This document shows positions 61,290 to 64,000 of a DNA stretch of 64,000 bases, piece after piece. The notes below the pieces were generated by a model. It was given only the letters and a program-made list of their open reading frames with translations, was not told where the DNA came from and ran no database searches. How positions within the stretch are numbered: position 1 is the first letter of the stretch; each line of letters starts with the position of its first letter. Source of the DNA: Gammaproteobacteria bacterium (GTDB lineage Bacteria > Pseudomonadota > Gammaproteobacteria > Poriferisulfidales > GCA-002705445); the NCBI GenBank assembly GCA_018674175.1, contig JABHAT010000001.1, positions 7,787 through 71,786 on the forward strand, read 5' to 3'. Both the position numbers and the translations under genes were made by a program.

Positions 61290-62636
61290 ATGAGTAATTT
61301 AGAAACGATAGTAAGTATCTCTACCCCTATGGGTACGGGAGCCTTATCAGTCATAAGGTGTTCTGGAAAGTCTGTTCCTACAATTATAAAAAATTTCTTT
61401 GGAAAAGAGTTGGTCCCCAGACGTGCAAATTATCTTGATATTAAGAAAAATAATAAAGTTTTAGATGATGTTGTTGCAATATATTATTTGGGGCCCAAAT
61501 CTTTTACTGGTGAGGATATGTTAGAAATAATGTGTCATGGCGGACCTGTTATGTATCAATTAATTATTAAAGAAATTCTTAAAATAAAAAATTGTCGTCT
61601 TGCAATTGCTGGAGAATTTAGCGAAAGAGCATTTCTAAATAACAAGATGAGCATACTAGAAGCTGAGTCAATTTGTGCACTAATAAATGCAAAAACTGAA
61701 GAGGCTGCTTTAGCTGCAAGAGATTCACTTTCGGGTAAAATAATCCAAGACTTATTTAAAATTGATGCTCTTATATTGCAAATAAGAATTCAGGTAGAAG
61801 CTCTTTTAGATTTTTCTGAAGAAGATATTGAAATTGATGGATTGAAAACAATAGAGTCCCATATAAAAAATTGTAAAGAAGAGATCTTGGTGTTAATTAA
61901 AAAATTAGAAAAAAATAAATTATTATTTGAAACAAGTAAAGTGGCGGTAATAGGCAAGCCAAATACAGGCAAATCTTCTTTAATAAATTTCCTAACAGAA
62001 GAAGATGTTTCCATAGTTAATAAACAAGCTGGAACTACAAGAGATGTTGTGTCCAAAATATTTAGTTTAGACGGTTTTCCAGTGACAATATTTGATACCG
62101 CTGGGATTAGAGAAACGAGTGATACTATAGAAAAAGAAGGAAAAGAAAAAGCTCTTAAGCAAGCAACTTCTGCAAATATAATTTTATATTTATATGATGT
62201 GACAATTGGAATAGATAATGATGATATAAAGATACTAAAAAGTTTAAAAAAAATTAATAAAAATATATTGATCATTGCTAATAAAATTGATTTGGCAACT
62301 AAAGAGACTTTTTCAGAAATTAAGAAAAATAATTCAGAAAATTTAATTATTTCAATTAAAGAAAATATAAATATGAATGAGCTTAGAAGTGAAATTTTAG
62401 AATATTTAAAGCTAGCTATTAGTGATACCTCTTCAGGAATCTATCATATAAAACAAGTAAAACATCTTAAGGCGGCCTACAAAGAAATTAATGATATTGA
62501 GGTTAACCTTATCGAGTTAGAAATTATTGCTGAAAAACTAAAACAAACTCAAGAAAATATCTCTATGATCTTAGATAATAATGATGATGATAGGGTTTTA
62601 AGTGGAATATTTTCAAATTTTTGCATTGGAAAGTAA
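61290..62636 (+). CDS. mnmE: tRNA modification GTPase MnmE
   Basis: It has G1 (GKPNTGKSSL), G3 (DTAGIR) and the C-terminal FCIGK. Confidence 0.95.
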   Translation: MSNLETIVSISTPMGTGALSVIRCSGKSVPTIIKNFFGKELVPRRANYLDIKKNNKVLDDVVAIYYLGPKSFTGEDMLEIMCHGGPVMYQLIIKEILKIKNCRLAIAGEFSERAFLNNKMSILEAESICALINAKTEEAALAARDSLSGKIIQDLFKIDALILQIRIQVEALLDFSEEDIEIDGLKTIESHIKNCKEEILVLIKKLEKNKLLFETSKVAVIGKPNTGKSSLINFLTEEDVSIVNKQAGTTRDVVSKIFSLDGFPVTIFDTAGIRETSDTIEKEGKEKALKQATSANIILYLYDVTIGIDNDDIKILKSLKKINKNILIIANKIDLATKETFSEIKKNNSENLIISIKENINMNELRSEILEYLKLAISDTSSGIYHIKQVKHLKAAYKEINDIEVNLIELEIIAEKLKQTQENISMILDNNDDDRVLSGIFSNFCIGK

Positions 62637-62648
62637 TATAATAAGTAT

Positions 62649-64000
62649 ATGAAAGAATACGACGTAATAATTATTGGAGGAGGACATGCTGGTACTGAGG
62701 CATCACTAGCTAGCGCAAGGTGTGGCAGCAATACTTTATTGGTTACTCAAAACTTTCATACCATTGGGCAGATGAGCTGCAATCCTTCTATTGGAGGAAT
62801 TGGAAAAGGCCATCTTACTAAAGAAGTAGATGCTCTTGGTGGTGTTATGGCAAGGGCAGCAGATGCAGCTGGGATACATTTTAGAACTCTTAATAAGAAG
62901 AAGGGCCCAGCAGTATGGGCTACTAGATCACAAGCAGACAGAGATTTATATAAAACATTTATACAAAAAGAAATAAGGTCACAAGAGCACCTAAATGTTT
63001 TGGATGGCGAAGTTATCGATATTATTATAAAAGACAACACTGTTACTGGTATAGAGCTTGTTAATGGCTCAATTTTAAAGGCCAAAAACGTGATTCTAAC
63101 AGCAGGAACTTTTTTGTCAGGAATGATTCATATTGGTAATAAATCTTTTTCTGCCGGAAGGATTGGTGAAGATGCATCCAACAAGCTATCAAAAAGAATG
63201 AAAGCTTTAGATTTAATGATGGGAAGATTAAAAACCGGAACTCCACCAAGACTTAATGGAGATACAATTAATTACAGTCAGCTAATAGAGCAACCTGGCG
63301 ATAAACCCAGACCAGTTTTTTCTTTTATGGGAAATGCGGCTGACCATCCAGAACAAATAAACTGTTATATTGCTAGAACAAACGAAAAAACACATGATCA
63401 CATAAAAAAATCGTTAAAGAATTCACCTTTATTTAATGGCGTCATCACTGGCAAAGGCCCAAGATATTGCCCTTCAATAGAAGATAAGGTTACAAGGTTT
63501 ACAGAAAAAAATTCTCATCAGATATTTTTAGAGCCAGAAGGTCTTAAAACTAACTTAGTTTATCCTAATGGCATCTCAACAAGCTTACCAGAAGAAGATC
63601 AAGAGGCTTTCATCAGAACAATACAGGGCCTAGAGAACGTAAAAATTGAAAAATATGGATACGCAATTGAATATGATTTTTTTGACCCCAGAGGATTAAC
63701 ATCTTTTTTAGAAAATAAAAAAATCGCTGGTTTCTTTATGGCTGGACAAATAAATGGAACAACAGGTTATGAAGAAGCAGCATCACAAGGTATTGTTGCA
63801 GGCATCAATGCTTCTTTGAAATCACAAGGAAAAGAAATGTGGTCTCCTGCTAGAGAAAATTCTTATATCGGAGTAATGATAGATGATCTAATCACACAAG
63901 GTGCTCCTGAGCCATATAGAATGTTTACAAGCAGAGCAGAACATAGATTATATTTAAGAGAAGATAATGCAGATGAGAGACTAACAGCCATTGGCTTTAA
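62649..64000 (+). CDS. mnmG: tRNA uridine 5-carboxymethylaminomethyl modification enzyme MnmG (GidA); 3' end lies outside the window
   Basis: My own translation is [24 protein letters not shown]...[18 protein letters not shown]. The frame stays open to the window end, so the gene is absent from the ORF track. Confidence 0.93.
   Translation, partial: MKEYDVIIIGGGHAGTEASLASARCGSNTLLVTQNFHTIGQMSCNPSIGGIGKGHLTKEVDALGGVMARAADAAGIHFRTLNKKKGPAVWATRSQADRDLYKTFIQKEIRSQEHLNVLDGEVIDIIIKDNTVTGIELVNGSILKAKNVILTAGTFLSGMIHIGNKSFSAGRIGEDASNKLSKRMKALDLMMGRLKTGTPPRLNGDTINYSQLIEQPGDKPRPVFSFMGNAADHPEQINCYIARTNEKTHDHIKKSLKNSPLFNGVITGKGPRYCPSIEDKVTRFTEKNSHQIFLEPEGLKTNLVYPNGISTSLPEEDQEAFIRTIQGLENVKIEKYGYAIEYDFFDPRGLTSFLENKKIAGFFMAGQINGTTGYEEAASQGIVAGINASLKSQGKEMWSPARENSYIGVMIDDLITQGAPEPYRMFTSRAEHRLYLREDNADERLTAIGF

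Noticed and set aside
62549-63249. Minus-strand ORFs 62549-62731, 62756-63085 and 63061-63249
   Set aside because: They lie antisense to the mnmE 3' end and to mnmG, whose plus-strand frame is open to the window end with canonical GidA motifs.

Overview
This is an AT-rich, gene-dense chromosomal window from a streamlined Gammaproteobacterium-like genome. The synteny blocks match the E. coli and Pseudomonas core; a marine SAR86-like origin is only a guess. Many genes overlap by 1-19 nt and I found very few intrinsic terminators.

It covers the replication-origin neighbourhood. On the minus strand: prlC, gyrB, recF, dnaN, dnaA. Diverging on the plus strand: rpmH, rnpA, yidD, yidC, mnmE, mnmG. 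A DnaA-box cluster lies between dnaA and rpmH.

Other core blocks:
- gltB-dnaG-rpoD
- ampG, xth, pyrE, aroE, hemB, dsbB
- hemF-tsaC-topA-smg diverging from def-fmt-trkA-trkH
- lpxL-like, then hisBHAFE-tatABC-gpmI

I found no transposase, integrase, CRISPR array, prophage or recognisable defence island.

The least ordinary part is a roughly 10-kb metal-acquisition block (8.8-19.2 kb) between rpoD and a CAU-anticodon tRNA. It holds:
- A PepSY-TM, ApbE and FMN-binding (SGAT flavinylation motif) set, with a coiled-coil porin and a Trp-rich secreted protein.
- The znuA / zur-znuC-znuB locus, with two near-identical palindromic Zur boxes.
- A His/Asp-rich outer-membrane protein behind the second Zur box.

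Other signals worth a second look:
- A glutamine riboswitch (glnA RNA motif) behind a near-consensus promoter in the gltB leader.
- A perfect 10-bp x9 tandem array just upstream of that promoter.
- dnaG starting 1 nt after the gltB stop.
- A cysteine-free TopA C-terminus with a KKKVV repeat tail encoded by a 15-bp tandem repeat.
- A 131-bp nested inverted-repeat element.
- Two translationally coupled lipoproteins sharing a 4-Cys C-terminal module.

All calls come from reading the sequence and ORF translations by eye. No database search was run.
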